A stretch of DNA of 64,000 nucleotides, from assembly GCF_000315625.1 (NCBI RefSeq), contig NW_005434481.1:1-64000 (forward strand), read 5' to 3'. This DNA is from Guillardia theta CCMP2712. Its lineage: Eukaryota > Protista > Cryptophyta. The notes below the pieces were generated by a model, which did not search any database, was not told the DNA's origin, and saw only the letters and a list, made by a program, of their open reading frames with translations. The translations under genes and the position numbers were made by a program. This document shows positions 61,570-64,000 of the stretch, piece by piece (position 1 is the first letter of the stretch; the number at the start of each line of letters is the position of its first letter).

Positions 61570-64000
61570 GAGATAATGATGATGATGATGATTGAGATAA
61601 TGATGATGATGATTGAGATAATGATGATGATGATGATAGCGCTGGTGGTTATGATGATGTTAGTCAACTAGCTTCACTTGTTCATCATCACCAACTTCGT
61701 ACTCCCCCGACTCCTTTGAGTTCTCCTCTCCTTTTCTCCAACATTGTCTTAGAACGAGGGAGAAAGATATTCCTTTTAAAATTTCTCCCAGTCTCTTGCT
61801 TTTCACGCTGTGTATGATCCTTACATTTTGACTTCTACTCTCTCCTCTTGTCTCAAAGTGTTCGCTTTTTGTTTCATTCACTCATTTTCTTCTCCTTTCT
61901 TTCTTCGCAACCTTAACATCTTTTTTTTTTCGCCCATTTCTCTTCAATCAGGCATCTCATATTAGACGAGAGGACAAACATCACAAAGATCATCGAGAAA
62001 TCTTCTTTCTGCCCGCCATCGCTCAGGTTTTGCTCCTTGTTTACAACACAACCAGGAATCAATGTGATCCAAGGTGCAGGAAAGATGTTGTGACCGATTT
62101 CAAGATGCCCACAGACGAACAGATCAAGAATGCAATCGGTAACAACTCGTCGAGTGATGAAGTCGTCAATCAAAGTGTTTGCCAACATGTTGTTTTGTGA
62201 ACACGTTGTATCGTGAATCTGATCTATCGAACGCATGCGGTATGATCAGCAGTTTTTGATATGGTGTGTGTTGTTGAGCAAACCACGAGCTTATGAAGTA
62301 TGTTACGTCTGCAAACTGAAATTGATCACGGCTATACAGAGAAGTCTTCTACAATCAGGAACATCTTCTCTCCAGTCTTCTTCTCAATCGACAACTCAAC
62401 AAGTAACACCCTCTACTTGTTTCTGTTTCTTCTTCTTAATTCTCTGCAGAACGAGTTGTTAGAGGACTTGGAGGACTTCCTGAAAAGGTCAGAGATCATG
62501 ACTATGTGATGATTACAATCACGACATCAAATCAGTTGTAATCATACGATGCACAATCCCTCAAACCTATCATGAGCTATATCTGTATCATTGCAGTACC
62601 TGCAACATCTGCAACGTGTAGTTTTTCTGTGTACAACACATTCATTTCCCATTCTATCGAACAATTGCACAACACCAGTAGCATCCAACGTGTTTATGTT
62701 CCATCAACATCAAAATCTCCGGCCTACCATCTCTCACTCGAAGACATGTCGTTTCTTGATCAACATGTCTTGATTATGACTGTTTGCGTTTCTTGCCCTG
62801 TTGCTCATCATCAAAACAGGGTAGCAACCCCATCCTGTTTGTTGGGAACCACCAGACGTTTGCACTTGATCTGACGTTTCTCCTCTCTGAGGTAAGACAA
62901 GAATGCATTTCCTTCTGCCTTCTCCTTCTATCTGTCGTTCGCTTTTCACTCCCCTTCCTCCTCCTCTCCCTGTCTTGACTGTTCCTGTCTTCCTGTCTAC
63001 ATCTTCACCTCTCTCTCCTCCCCTTCCTTACTCTCCTCTCCTCTCCTCTCCTCTCCTCTCCTCTCCTCTCCTCTCCTCTCCTCTCCTCTCCTCTCCTCTC
63101 CTCTCCTCTCCTCTCCTCTCCNNNNNNNNNNNNNNNNNNNNNNNNNNNNNNNNNNNNNNNNNNNNNNNNNNNNNNNNNNNNNNNNNNNNNNNNNNNNNNN
63201 NNNNNNNNNNNNNNNNNNNNNNNNNNNNNNNNNNNNNNNNNNNNNNNNNNNNNNNNNNNNNNNNNNNNNNNNNNNNNNNNNNNNNNNNNNNNNNNNNNNN
63301 NNNNNNNNNNNNNNNNNNNNNNNNNNNNNNNNNNNNNNNNNNNNNNNNNNNNNNNNNNNNNNNNNNNNNNNNNNNNNNNNNNNNNNNNNNNNNNNNNNNN
63401 NNNNNNNNNNNNNNNNNNNNNNNNNNNNNNCTCCTCTCCTCTCCTCTCCTCTCCTCTCCTCTCTTCTCCTCTCCTCTCGCCTTGTTCTCACCGTCTTGTT
63501 CAGGTACTACAAGAGAAAGGATACCTTATGCGCGGCCTTGCCCATCCCTTTCTGTTCCGGTGAGTCAGAACAAGAAGAGCTGTCCAGGAAAGAGAGGGGA
63601 AGACAGGAGGAGAGGAGAGGAGAGGAGAGGAGAGGAGAGGTGAGGTGAGCAGAGCAGAGCAGAGCAGAGCAGAGCAGAGCAGAGCAGAGCAGAGCAGAGC
63701 AGAGGAGCAGCTGCGTGGAGAGGAGGGAAATGGTCTATATTGATCAGCAGGAGCAGGAATGTTCAGGCGGTTCCTGGAGTGACGGGACAATTTGAAGGAG
63801 ATGAGAACATTTATGAGCTGGTAAGTGAAAAGAAGAAACGAAGATAAGGATGATGATGAGGAAGATGATGATGATGATGACGATAATGATAATGATGATG
63901 ATGATAAGGAGGAGGAGGAGGAGGAGGAGGAGGAGGATTAAAGATGTGATGACAACGAAGAAAACGTTGTCGTCGATGGCATTGATGATGATTGAGATGA
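59018..64000 (+). CDS. Alpha/beta-hydrolase plus acyltransferase (PES/ELT, phytyl-ester synthase/DGAT-like); likely plastid-targeted; continues past the window
   Basis: PLFLFLPGFDGTG, LLGESFGG (GxSxG), LVLANPASSF, VGSNDNVLPSREE, PILFVGNHQTFALD (Hx4-5D) and GYLMRGLAHPFLF. N-terminal MSRRILLLLSSLTLVSS-F. Confidence 0.82.
61439..61660 (+). repeat. (GAT)n microsatellite, intronic
   Basis: Direct reading. Confidence 0.9.

Noticed and set aside
53249-63790. Long low-complexity ORFs (poly-E/S/L/R, EERRG, SSPLL)
   Set aside because: They are intronic microsatellites, several spanning N gaps (53544-53643, 57059-57425, 63122-63430).

Overview
Eukaryotic algal/protist nuclear DNA. Short GT-AG introns, an RWP-RK gene, a signal peptide followed by Phe, and TTTAGGG tracts suggest a cryptophyte such as Guillardia theta (inferred, not verified). 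The left third (1-20.4 kb) is an accessory, subtelomere-like region with two parts. (i) A ~6.3-kb block lies between inward-facing telomeric tracts, (CCCTAAA)n at 386-451 and (TTTAGGG)n at 6661-6712. It carries a decayed Gag(CCHC)-aspartic protease cassette joined by a canonical -1 ribosomal frameshift signal (UUUAAAC plus a stem-loop), a long unknown ORF in place of RT/integrase, a divergent DedA/VTT-like membrane gene, and a Crinkler-type gene truncated directly into telomeric repeats. (ii) A tandem ~5.4-kb unit encodes a Crinkler/RHS-type (CR) P-loop NTPase plus PD-(D/E)xK-like nuclease. Each unit is coupled to a variable 36-bp array (12, 19 and 24 units), and an inverted copy lies at 35.2-37.8 kb. 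Paralog comparison shows many short insertions of restricted vocabulary in repeat copies. Host genes: Sin3, a PAS-PAS-RWP-RK factor, CDC48/p97, two EF-hand genes, an MFS transporter and a PES/ELT-type hydrolase-acyltransferase. The right end is microsatellite-rich with three assembly gaps. Exon boundaries of multi-exon genes are approximate.
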